From the NCBI GenBank assembly GCA_016935565.1, contig JAFGQS010000144.1, positions 10,966 to 74,965 of the forward strand: a DNA stretch of 64,000 bases. Reading direction: 5' to 3'. The notes under the pieces were generated by a model. The model saw only the letters and a list, made by a program, of their open reading frames with translations. It was not told where the DNA came from and did not search any database. This stretch comes from Deltaproteobacteria bacterium. GTDB lineage: Bacteria; Desulfobacterota; Syntrophia; Syntrophales; UBA6807. Made by a program: the position numbers and the translations under genes. Positions 8,721-17,183 of the stretch are shown here, piece after piece (position 1 is the first letter of the stretch; each line of letters begins with the position of its first letter).

Positions 8721-10367
8721 ATGGACACAACTACTCAAGATTATGCAAATCAAAATCGTATATTAACAGAGAAGCTATATGTGAAGAACAACTTATTGAA
8801 CCATGTTTATGAAATCAGCTCATTACTCACACAGTCTCCCGATCTCGATGAAGTTTTAAACAACATCGTTGATCGTGCCATGAATGGTCTCAATTTTGAC
8901 AGAGCCATTGTTATGCTTCTCGACAAGGATGAAACAAAACTGGAATGTAAGTGCATCAAAGGGTTTACACCACGCGGGGAAAAACGGGCATGGAATAAGC
9001 CCTTGTATCTTGACAGACATGATTGTTATGAAACAAAAGTCATCCAACGGGGTGAACCACTCTTTGTAGAGGATACGGAAAATGCATCTAACATGACAGA
9101 GATTGATACAATCATAAATAAATATCAGGAAAGAAAATCAGTTCTCCATGTTCCGCTTAAATTAAAAGGAAAAGTTATCGGCATAATAGGTGTTGATAGA
9201 TACCGAACACGAATGAAGATTACCAGGGATGACGTCGAATCGCTGGCCATATTTGCGAACCAGGCTGCGATCATTATCGAGAATGCAAGACTTTATAAAG
9301 CGGTGAATGATGAGAAACTTCTGTCAGAAAATATTATTAAATGTTCAGTCAATGGTGTGGTTGTCAGTGATCTTAAGGGACGTGTTTACCATCTCAATCC
9401 CAAGGCGGAAGAAATTTTAAAAATAAGTCAGGAAAAAGCAAAAGAAATACGAATAGACCGGTTGCTTCAACTTGAAGAGAAAGAAAGAATAAGAATATTC
9501 CATGAGTTGAAAAAAAAGAACAACATCAATCAGTTTGAAATTGATTATCATAGAAACGATGACAAGAAATTAATACTTGAATTGACTGCCTTTATCATTT
9601 TAGATGAAAATGAGGAGGTATTGGGTGCCGTAACATTAGTTAACGATTTAACTGAAAAAAAGAAGATAGATGATTATTTGTCACGGGCTGAGAAATTCGC
9701 AGCTCTGGGCCGGATAGTATCAGGAATAGCGCACGAGGTCAGAAATCCTCTTGCAAGTATTTATACAACCGTACAGAATCTTGAGAACGAATTGTCTGAA
9801 CATAATTTCGCCAGAGACGACCTTCAGAACATCATGCAGGAGATTGACAGAGTCGAGAAACTGATAAGACAGATCTTGAATCTGGCCAAGCCTCTTCCCC
9901 TTCAAATCGAAACTGTAGATATTAATGAATTACTTCTGACGACTATACCACTCATAGAAAAAGAGGCGAAAAAAAAGGGTATTACGCTAAAAACCACATT
10001 GAGTGGCGATATCGGACATACAGGGGCAGATCCCAACAGATTGCGGCAGGTAATCTTAAACTTACTTATCAATGCGATTGAATCGATCAACAGGAGGGGG
10101 GAAATCACAGTCAGCACAGAGAGGGTCGTGGAAGCGGACGGTCAAAAAAAGTGGATGCTCATGAAATTTAAGGATAATGGTATCGGTATTTCCCCGGACA
10201 TCATTGATAAAATTTTTGATCCTTTCTTTACCACAAAAAATGTGGGTACCGGTCTGGGATTAGCGGTGTCACACAAGATTATACAGGATCATAACGGAAT
10301 GATTGAGGTGGAAAGTCATAAAAATAACGGGACCATCTTCAGCATCAAACTTCCGATTTTTGCTTAG
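8721..10367 (+). CDS. Cytoplasmic sensor histidine kinase (GAF-PAS-HisKA-HATPase)
   Basis: GAF (HVPLKLKGKVIGIIGVD, FANQAAIIIENARLY), PAS (NPKAEEIL), H-box IAHEVRNPL, N-box NLLINA, DNGIG, DPFFTTK, GTGLGL; no TM segments seen. Confidence 0.92.
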   Translation: MDTTTQDYANQNRILTEKLYVKNNLLNHVYEISSLLTQSPDLDEVLNNIVDRAMNGLNFDRAIVMLLDKDETKLECKCIKGFTPRGEKRAWNKPLYLDRHDCYETKVIQRGEPLFVEDTENASNMTEIDTIINKYQERKSVLHVPLKLKGKVIGIIGVDRYRTRMKITRDDVESLAIFANQAAIIIENARLYKAVNDEKLLSENIIKCSVNGVVVSDLKGRVYHLNPKAEEILKISQEKAKEIRIDRLLQLEEKERIRIFHELKKKNNINQFEIDYHRNDDKKLILELTAFIILDENEEVLGAVTLVNDLTEKKKIDDYLSRAEKFAALGRIVSGIAHEVRNPLASIYTTVQNLENELSEHNFARDDLQNIMQEIDRVEKLIRQILNLAKPLPLQIETVDINELLLTTIPLIEKEAKKKGITLKTTLSGDIGHTGADPNRLRQVILNLLINAIESINRRGEITVSTERVVEADGQKKWMLMKFKDNGIGISPDIIDKIFDPFFTTKNVGTGLGLAVSHKIIQDHNGMIEVESHKNNGTIFSIKLPIFA

Positions 10368-10481
10368 GTTTTCCCTAAGAGGAACAGAATTTGCTGTACC
10401 ACTATGCATACATGGTAATTTCTCGAAGGAAATACAGGTAACAACACCCTCTGTATTGTTACTTATAGTAGGATATTAATT

Positions 10482-11831
10482 ATGAAACCGACAATCTTAA
10501 TCGTGGATGATGAAAAATTACTCCTGAGCTCTCTTGAGAGAGCATTATCCGGAAACGAGTACCATGCACTAACGGCAAAAAATGGCAAAGGTGCCCTGGC
10601 TTTCTTTGAAAAGAACAACCCCGATTTAGTTTTGCTCGACGTAAAATTGCCGGATATCGATGGAATGCAACTTCTGAGGAAAATCAGAGAGATAGATCTG
10701 CACTGTCCGGTTATTATGATGACTGCATATAGCGGGATCAGGGGGGCTGTTGAAGCGATAAAGCTTGGCGCCTATGACTACATTGCAAAACCTTTTGATA
10801 TCGAAGAGTTGAAATTTGCTATTGCACGATGTCTGGAATCTCAAAGGGCTATGGTCGAAGTGAATGAAATCAAGTCTAAGAAAAAGGAACGGTATAGTTT
10901 TGAAAAGATTCTAACCCGGAATTCCGATATGAAAGAAATCATCAGATTAGCGAAACGTATAGCAGTAAACGATAAATCGACGGTACTAATCTCGGGAGAA
11001 AGTGGTACCGGTAAAGAACTTTTTGCCAATGCCATTCATTATAATGGGCCGCGTTTAAATGACCCCTTCATCACGGTCAATTGTGCGGCATTATCGGAAG
11101 GAGTCCTCGAGAGCGAACTCTTTGGTCATGAAAAAGGGGCTTTTACCGGTGCGATTAAACAAAAGAAGGGATTCTTCGAACTTGCCGATAAGGGAACGCT
11201 CTTCCTTGATGAGATCGGAGAAATCAGTCACAAAACCCAAGTGAGGTTGTTAAGATTTCTCGAAGAGAGAAATTTTCAGAGAGTGGGCGGTACTGAAGAT
11301 ATTGACGTTGATGTAAGAATTATCACCGCTACCAATAAAGATTTATTGGAAGAAGTATCTAAGGGGAATTTCAGGGAGGATTTATATTATCGACTTAATG
11401 TGATTTCCATTCATCTACCCCCGTTGTGTGAAAGAAAAGATGACATACCTCTGTTGGTTGAACGATTGATTGCAAATTACAGAATAACATTAAACAAAAC
11501 CGCACGGAGGTGTGATGATGAAGCCTTACGGATTTTACTGGATTACGATTGGCCCGGCAATATAAGAGAATTGAGAAACATCATTGAAAGAACAGTTTTA
11601 CTGAGCGATGATGAAATAATTACCCCGTCTGACTTGCCATTGGAGATTGTCAACAATCACGGGAGACCAGAGACGGCAAATATACACAACCTTGATCCCA
11701 TGTCACTGGATACGTTGATTAAACTTTACGTAGAGAACATACTATCCCGAAGTAAGAATAATAAATCAAAGGCGGCAAGCATATTAGGCATTACCAGACA
11801 GCGATTACGAAGAATTCTCCGATCACAATAG
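10482..11831 (+). CDS. Sigma54-dependent response regulator (NtrC/AtoC family)
   Basis: REC (VDDE, LLDVKLP, KPF), Walker A GESGTGKE, GAFTGA loop, LFLDEI, WPGNIREL, C-terminal HTH. Confidence 0.95.
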   Translation: MKPTILIVDDEKLLLSSLERALSGNEYHALTAKNGKGALAFFEKNNPDLVLLDVKLPDIDGMQLLRKIREIDLHCPVIMMTAYSGIRGAVEAIKLGAYDYIAKPFDIEELKFAIARCLESQRAMVEVNEIKSKKKERYSFEKILTRNSDMKEIIRLAKRIAVNDKSTVLISGESGTGKELFANAIHYNGPRLNDPFITVNCAALSEGVLESELFGHEKGAFTGAIKQKKGFFELADKGTLFLDEIGEISHKTQVRLLRFLEERNFQRVGGTEDIDVDVRIITATNKDLLEEVSKGNFREDLYYRLNVISIHLPPLCERKDDIPLLVERLIANYRITLNKTARRCDDEALRILLDYDWPGNIRELRNIIERTVLLSDDEIITPSDLPLEIVNNHGRPETANIHNLDPMSLDTLIKLYVENILSRSKNNKSKAASILGITRQRLRRILRSQ

Positions 11832-11832
11832 G

Positions 11833-11971
11833 TGGATCAACTTAATCCAGTTTAATCCAGTTGCCGGTCTGAATTAATCCATGCCCATTATGTTATTTAT
11901 ATTACGTGATTATTCAGACTTCATGCTCCCGGGATTCCGATTTCTCTCATTTCGTGGGTTAAATTAATCCA
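11833..11971. promoter_or_regulatory. Three 17-bp imperfect palindromes (TGGATTAA-N-TTAATCCA consensus), candidate enhancer (UAS) sites
   Basis: TGGATCAA-C-TTAATCCA 11833-11849, CGGTCTGA-A-TTAATCCA 11865-11881, TGGGTTAA-A-TTAATCCA 11955-11971; extra half-site at 11852-11859. Confidence 0.65.
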
Positions 11972-12243
11972 GTTAAACGAGCAGGAACCCTACCCTACAA
12001 GCTTTTACAGCACTCATTCGTCAAAATAATTCTGCATATATCAATCACAGTGAAAAAATATCTATTTCCCGGGAATTGTCAGTAATGGGTATTGACCATA
12101 ACTTTCTGTGTTGAAATTGTAATTAATACTGTAGGCTATAAAACGAAAAATCTTACATGAGATACTGATCGTTTAATTACGTATACTTTTTATATGTATC
12201 AAGCCTATGGTCACGCTGCAACCAACGTTTTAATTCATAAAAA

Positions 12244-12259
12244 CGGCATATAATTTGCG
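12244..12259 (+). promoter_or_regulatory. Sigma54 (-24/-12) promoter
   Basis: CGGCATATAATTTGCG: GG 12245-6, 10 nt, GC 12257-8; lies downstream of a sigma54 activator gene and upstream of the maoC operon. Confidence 0.7.
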
Positions 12260-12275
12260 TACTCAGATTGCGAGA

Positions 12276-12392
12276 AATGCAGAACGGATAGTTAAGATGG
12301 GATCCAGTATCAACGAACGGAGTATTGATCCGGCAACCCCGGATGAGACGAGGGTAACCCTTGGTTTGAAGGAACCGGGTTAGGTGAATTAT
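12276..12392 (+). pseudogene. Remnant of the 3' end of a BKACE gene
   Basis: Translates NAERIVKMGSSINERSIDPATPDETRVTLGLKEPG*VNY, gap-free colinear with NAEQVAKIIRIARELGVEPATPDEARQILGLKGLDKVNF of 3..662; in-frame TAG at 12381. Confidence 0.85.
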
Positions 12393-12440
12393 TACCTGAG
12401 CCCGTATAATGAGAGTCGCTATGAACTTAGAGGGGAAAAG

Positions 12441-12628
12441 ATGGACGTTAGCCCAAGAGCGAGCCAATTGAGGGCTCGGGTTTGACCGAGCCCAATGTAG
12501 AATCGGATGGCATCAGTATCCAGACTGTTGCAATGAGGCAAAAGGAGTATTATGCCGTTGACGGGACCAAAAGCTACATTACGAATGGCTCGGCAACCAA
12601 TATGATTGTCCTCAACGCAAAAGCATAA
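12441..12628 (+). pseudogene. Remnant of an acyl-CoA dehydrogenase gene
   Basis: RBS-like agagggg then ATG GAC at 12441; from 12467 in another frame IEGSGLTEPNVESDGISIQTVAMRQKEYYAVDGTKSYITNGSATNMIVLNAKA*, matching [52 protein letters not shown] of 702..1862. Confidence 0.85.
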
Positions 12629-12649
12629 AAAATTAAGGAGGAAGAGAGA

Positions 12650-13114
12650 ATGGGAAAAGATTACGAATATCTCGAAGATTATACCGTCGGTGAAAGATTC
12701 ATATCTCCGGCAAGAACCATTACCGAGACCGACGTAATAAATTTTGCCGGTATTACCGGTGACTGGCATCCATTGCATGTGGATGTGGAATATGCCGCAA
12801 AGACACCCTTCAAAGGAAGAATCACCCACGGGATGCTAACATTAAGTGTCGGCCTGTCCCTACCTTTTCTGCTGGGACCCTATTCGAGTTATCTTCCCAA
12901 GTCGTTTATTGCTTTTTACGGTATGGACGAGGTTCGTTTTACGGGGCCGAACAGGATTGGTGATACGATTCACACTGAGGTTGAGGTCCTTGAAATAACT
13001 GACAAAGGTAAAAACAGGGGAATACTTACAATTCAAAACGTTGTTAAAAATCAGCAGGGAGAGCAGATCCTGTCCTTTGTTATGAAATTGTTCTGTGGAA
13101 AGAGACAGGAATAA
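12650..13114 (+). CDS. MaoC-family hydratase, close paralogue of 1932..2402
   Basis: MGKDYEYLEDYTVGE..GDWHPLH..LGPYSSYLPKSFIAFYGMD nearly identical to the first copy. Confidence 0.9.
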   Translation: MGKDYEYLEDYTVGERFISPARTITETDVINFAGITGDWHPLHVDVEYAAKTPFKGRITHGMLTLSVGLSLPFLLGPYSSYLPKSFIAFYGMDEVRFTGPNRIGDTIHTEVEVLEITDKGKNRGILTIQNVVKNQQGEQILSFVMKLFCGKRQE

Positions 13115-13189
13115 CAGCTGAATCAAATTGATTATTCGTTATGTTTTTAAGTATAAGAATTTAAATTACTTTTTAAAAAAGGAGGTATC

Positions 13190-14848
13190 ATGATGTCCGG
13201 AGGATCTGGAAAGAAGGAATCACGGCAACAGAAACGAGAAAGACAATATAAGGAAAACCGGGAACACTGGCTTGCCGAGGAAGAAAAAACATACGCATTG
13301 TGGGAGAAAGCTTACAATCCCGGTGGACAGGCCCAGATCGATCGCCTTGCAAAACAGGGGAAAAAACCGGTACGTCAGCTTATCAAACAGCTCATCGATC
13401 AGGATACCACGTTTTACGAGCTGAGCAGAGGTGCCGGGTTTGGCATGAATTATGATGTTGTCGATGAACCGACAGAAGATGTCCCCAGTGCAGGGTTGGC
13501 CACAGGCATCGGCAAGGTTCATGGCAACTGGGTGATGGTGATCGCCAATGACAGCCGGGTGAAGGCGGGGGCATACTACCCGATTAATTGCAAAAAACAC
13601 CTTCGTGCCCAGGAGATTGCCGATCAATGCGGGATTCCCTGTGTTTATATCGCCGATTCGGCCGGTGGTTTTCTGCCGATGCAGGACAGGATTTTTCCCG
13701 GAAGGAATCAATTCGGCCATTTTTTCTATAACATGTGCAGGATGTCCGCCAAAGGGCTCAAACAGTATACTCTCAGCACCGGGGGTAATACCGCCGGTGG
13801 CGCCTATATTGTCTATCTTGCCTGTGAGTCTATCATGATCGACAAGATGTCGTATTCATTTCTGGCAGGACCACCCATGGTGAAATCGGCTATCGGTGAG
13901 GTGGTCGATATGGAGACCCTGGGAGGCGCCCGAGTTCATACGGGTATATCCGGCGGGGCAGATCATTTTGTCACATCACAGGATGAAGGTATAGAAAAAT
14001 TGAGAGAGCTGTTATCTCATGATCCGAAACAGAAGCTGTATATCGAACGGCGTGAGATCAAGGAGCCCAGAGTCTCTGATGCACGTCTCTATGAGGTCTT
14101 GCCGAAGGATACATACAGAGGGGTAAACGTTCGGGAGGTCATCAACTGTATCGCCGACGATAGCTACTTCAGCGAATACAAGCGTAATTACAACCCCGGC
14201 CGGGGTGACAACATTGTGTGTGGTAAGATGTTTCTCCGGGGGATTCCCGTGGGAGTCGTGGCAGCTAATAACAACGGTGTCATCTATATTGACGCTGCGA
14301 GGAAGGCAATCGAATGGGTCATCAGATGCTGCACCGAAAAAATTCCGATTCTCTATATACAGAATTCTCCGGGATATATGGTCGGCACGCAGGAAGAATA
14401 CGGCGGTATTGGCAAGTATGGCTCCGGCATGGTGAGAGTCGCCGCATGCGCTGACGTACCCAAGATCCAATGGGTAATCGGTCCTGACCATGGTGCTGCA
14501 AATTTCGGAATGTGTGGACGGACCTTTGATCCGAATTTTATCTTCTCGACCATGCGCGCCAGGACAACCGTGTTGTCGGGACAGACGGCGGGGAATATCT
14601 TGACCACACTGGCACGGATAAACGCAAAGAAACGAGGAGAAGAAATGGATGAAGAGGAAATCGAGGCGTATAAACAAAAAATGATCGATAAGTATGAAGT
14701 GGAAGGACACCCGTTCTATATGGAAGCCCGGCTGTATCAGGATGGTACGCTTCCTTTGAAGGAGACACGTGATTACCTGTCGACGGCTTTCGAGGTTACA
14801 CTTTTAAAGCCCATTCCGGAATCACACTTTGGAAATTTCAAATTCTAG
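13190..14848 (+). CDS. Acyl-CoA carboxylase carboxyltransferase subunit (3-methylcrotonyl-CoA carboxylase beta-like)
   Basis: ANDSRVKAGAY, KKHLRAQEIA, DSAGGFLP, TAGGAY, FLAGPPMVKSAIGE, LGGARVH..ISGGADH, PGYMVG, GAANFGMCGR. Confidence 0.88.
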   Translation: MMSGGSGKKESRQQKRERQYKENREHWLAEEEKTYALWEKAYNPGGQAQIDRLAKQGKKPVRQLIKQLIDQDTTFYELSRGAGFGMNYDVVDEPTEDVPSAGLATGIGKVHGNWVMVIANDSRVKAGAYYPINCKKHLRAQEIADQCGIPCVYIADSAGGFLPMQDRIFPGRNQFGHFFYNMCRMSAKGLKQYTLSTGGNTAGGAYIVYLACESIMIDKMSYSFLAGPPMVKSAIGEVVDMETLGGARVHTGISGGADHFVTSQDEGIEKLRELLSHDPKQKLYIERREIKEPRVSDARLYEVLPKDTYRGVNVREVINCIADDSYFSEYKRNYNPGRGDNIVCGKMFLRGIPVGVVAANNNGVIYIDAARKAIEWVIRCCTEKIPILYIQNSPGYMVGTQEEYGGIGKYGSGMVRVAACADVPKIQWVIGPDHGAANFGMCGRTFDPNFIFSTMRARTTVLSGQTAGNILTTLARINAKKRGEEMDEEEIEAYKQKMIDKYEVEGHPFYMEARLYQDGTLPLKETRDYLSTAFEVTLLKPIPESHFGNFKF

Positions 14849-14941
14849 TATCGTGATTGATCTGATGAAAAGAGCACCGGAACTGAAGTGACGAAATTAA
14901 ACCGAGCGACTATGAACTATATGTAAGAAGGAGAAATTACG

Positions 14942-15739
14942 ATGTCGGCTGTAGTACTGCAGGAAAAAACAGAAGAGGGAATATTGATTCTTACGTTAAA
15001 TCGACCGGAAGCAATGAACTGTATGAACTTCGATATGATTGAAACGTTGGGGACGGTCATTAAGGAATCGAATTTTGATATGAGCATTCGTGTTATCATA
15101 ATAACTGGTGCCAATCCGCCGGAGGGCAAGAAGGCATCTTTTTCGGCAGGAGCCGACCTGGCCGAGCGGAGAAAACTCTCCGATGATCAGGTACGACGTT
15201 TTATCACAACGGTTCGCGGAACCATGATTGCCGTGGAAAACGCACGGGTTCCGGTTATTGCTGCCATTAACGGGTATGCTTTTGGAGGGGGAACGGAACT
15301 GGCCATGGCCTGCGATCTCAGGATTGCATCCTCAAATGTCTTGATGGGTCTCACCGAAACCAGTCTGGGGATTATTCCGGGTGGTGGCGGTACGCAGCGG
15401 TTGCCCCGTATTGTTGGTGTAGCGAAGGCAAAAGAATTGATATACACGGCCCGGCGATTTGGTGCCCGGACGGCCCTGGAAATCGGTCTGGTAAGTCGAG
15501 TGGTGGATCCGGCACAACTTATGGATGCAGCCATGGAACTGGCGGGAGAGATCGCAAAGAACGGACCTATCGGTGTTCAGCAGGCCAAATTTGCCATTAA
15601 TTATGGGTCTGAGAGCAGTCTCGGTGTTGCTCTCCCCCTCGAATCGAAGGCCTATGAAATTACCATTCCGACTGAAGACCGCCTGGAAGCGCTGTCAGCA
15701 TTCGCAGAAAAGCGAAAACCGTTATTCAAGGGTACGTGA
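14942..15739 (+). CDS. Crotonase-family enoyl-CoA hydratase (methylglutaconyl-CoA hydratase-like)
   Basis: LNRPEAMN, FSAGADL, PVIAAINGYAFGGGTELAMACDLR, GLTETSLGIIPGGGGTQRLPR. Confidence 0.9.
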   Translation: MSAVVLQEKTEEGILILTLNRPEAMNCMNFDMIETLGTVIKESNFDMSIRVIIITGANPPEGKKASFSAGADLAERRKLSDDQVRRFITTVRGTMIAVENARVPVIAAINGYAFGGGTELAMACDLRIASSNVLMGLTETSLGIIPGGGGTQRLPRIVGVAKAKELIYTARRFGARTALEIGLVSRVVDPAQLMDAAMELAGEIAKNGPIGVQQAKFAINYGSESSLGVALPLESKAYEITIPTEDRLEALSAFAEKRKPLFKGT

Positions 15740-15802
15740 TAAAACCGTATGTGTCGTATGAGTTGAAATACCTGAGAGGAAAAAAATAAGAAGGAGTGAT
15801 GT

Positions 15803-16954
15803 ATGGGCGATAAATATCAATTAAGTTTTCCGAAGAAAGTACGATTAGCTGACATATCGATTCGGGAGGGTCTGCAACACGAAGAACATTTCATACCGAC
15901 CGATGCGAAAGTTTACTATGTCGAGGAATCCATATTAGCGGGTTTTAAAAGATTGGAGATTACCAATCTGGGAAATCCGGCGTTTATGCCCCAGTTCAGG
16001 GATGCCGAAGAACTCCTCACTCGTATCCGTAACAGCAGGCGTCTTTCCCGGGCGGGAATAAACTTCGATGACATTGAAATTACTGCTGTGGCCATACGAG
16101 AGAGTGGCGTTGACAGAGCAGTCGCAGGTCGAAAGGAAGGATGGGGACCGGATCGTATCGGCATGATGGTATCCACTGATGAGGAACACCATTTTGCCAA
16201 TTCCGGGACTACCCTGCCTGAATATTGGGAAGAAGCGAAGCGCTGTATCGATAAATGTCATGATGTGAACATCAAAGTTTTCGGGACGGTGAGCACCATC
16301 TGGGGAAGCCCTATCTCGGGACCGACGAAATTCGAAGACGCCCTTGAATTTACACAACGATGGCTTGCCATTGGTGCGGATGATATCGAACATGCCGACC
16401 ATGATGGCTCTGCCCCACCTGATCAAGTCTATCGGTATTTTTCTATGATTCTCGACGAACTTCCCAATACGGATCTCCATGTGGCGCATTTTCATGTTAC
16501 GAGAGGATGGGGACCGGCAAATGTCCTGGCGGCGCTCCACGCTGGAGTCGATATTCATGAAGGAGTGCTCGGCGGCATCGGGGGTCAACCAACGAACTTC
16601 ATCGACCGGATTCCTGTTAGAGGAACAGGAGAATATTATTACCAGGACCCCAATATTGTAGGGCTTGGGAGTCTCGAAGACATGCTGGTAATGATGGATG
16701 AAATGGGTATTGAGACGGGTATCGATGTCGACAGGGTGCTCCGCTTGGGAAGAATGTGGGAGAAAACGATCGGGCGCCGCCTTAGATCCGAGTCGATCCT
16801 TAACGGTAGGATACCAAAAAAACCCAGGGAAGATTTTAAGCGGAAGGGACTGGCGGAAAGGAAGGCGAAACGGGGCGAAGAGTCCGGACAGCGATATCCA
16901 GCAGACTGGCCGGAAAACGTAGAACTTCCCTACAAAATTACCGGTGTAAAATAG
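15803..16954 (+). CDS. HMG-CoA lyase-like DRE-TIM metallolyase (atypical)
   Basis: DISIREGLQHE, AHFHVTRG (HxH), GGIGGQP, EDMLVMMDEMGIETGID. Confidence 0.8.
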   Translation: MGDKYQLSFPKKVRLADISIREGLQHEEHFIPTDAKVYYVEESILAGFKRLEITNLGNPAFMPQFRDAEELLTRIRNSRRLSRAGINFDDIEITAVAIRESGVDRAVAGRKEGWGPDRIGMMVSTDEEHHFANSGTTLPEYWEEAKRCIDKCHDVNIKVFGTVSTIWGSPISGPTKFEDALEFTQRWLAIGADDIEHADHDGSAPPDQVYRYFSMILDELPNTDLHVAHFHVTRGWGPANVLAALHAGVDIHEGVLGGIGGQPTNFIDRIPVRGTGEYYYQDPNIVGLGSLEDMLVMMDEMGIETGIDVDRVLRLGRMWEKTIGRRLRSESILNGRIPKKPREDFKRKGLAERKAKRGEESGQRYPADWPENVELPYKITGVK

Positions 16955-16961
16955 TACATCA

Positions 16962-17006
16962 GGGCAACACCACTGCGGAGGCTCACGCGCCGATGTGGTG
17001 TTGCCC
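16962..17006. repeat. 12-bp inverted repeat hairpin at the end of operon B
   Basis: gggcaacaccac ... gtggtgttgccc with a 21-nt loop; no U-tract. Confidence 0.6.
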
Positions 17007-17183
17007 GATAAAAATGCCTCGGAAAAATCCAGCCACGGGCTCCTCGTCCTTGACACGAAACCCTCTTTTCTTTACTATTCAATCAGTAACGACCCAGGAA
17101 GACAAATAAATGATCGAGCAGTTACTATACCGCCTTCAATCATATCGTGAACCATCCTGTATGAACTCCGGGAGGCACACTGC

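Noticed and set aside
11842-11881. TTAATCCA repeats as a CRISPR or tandem-repeat array
   Set aside because: Too short, irregularly spaced, no spacers or cas genes; better explained as protein-binding half-sites
12177-12467. 96-aa minus-strand ORF in the regulator-maoC gap
   Set aside because: Overlaps the sigma54 promoter and the + strand BKACE relic, which explain the region better
15935-17056. 373-aa minus-strand ORF
   Set aside because: Antisense to the HMG-CoA lyase-like gene; no motifs
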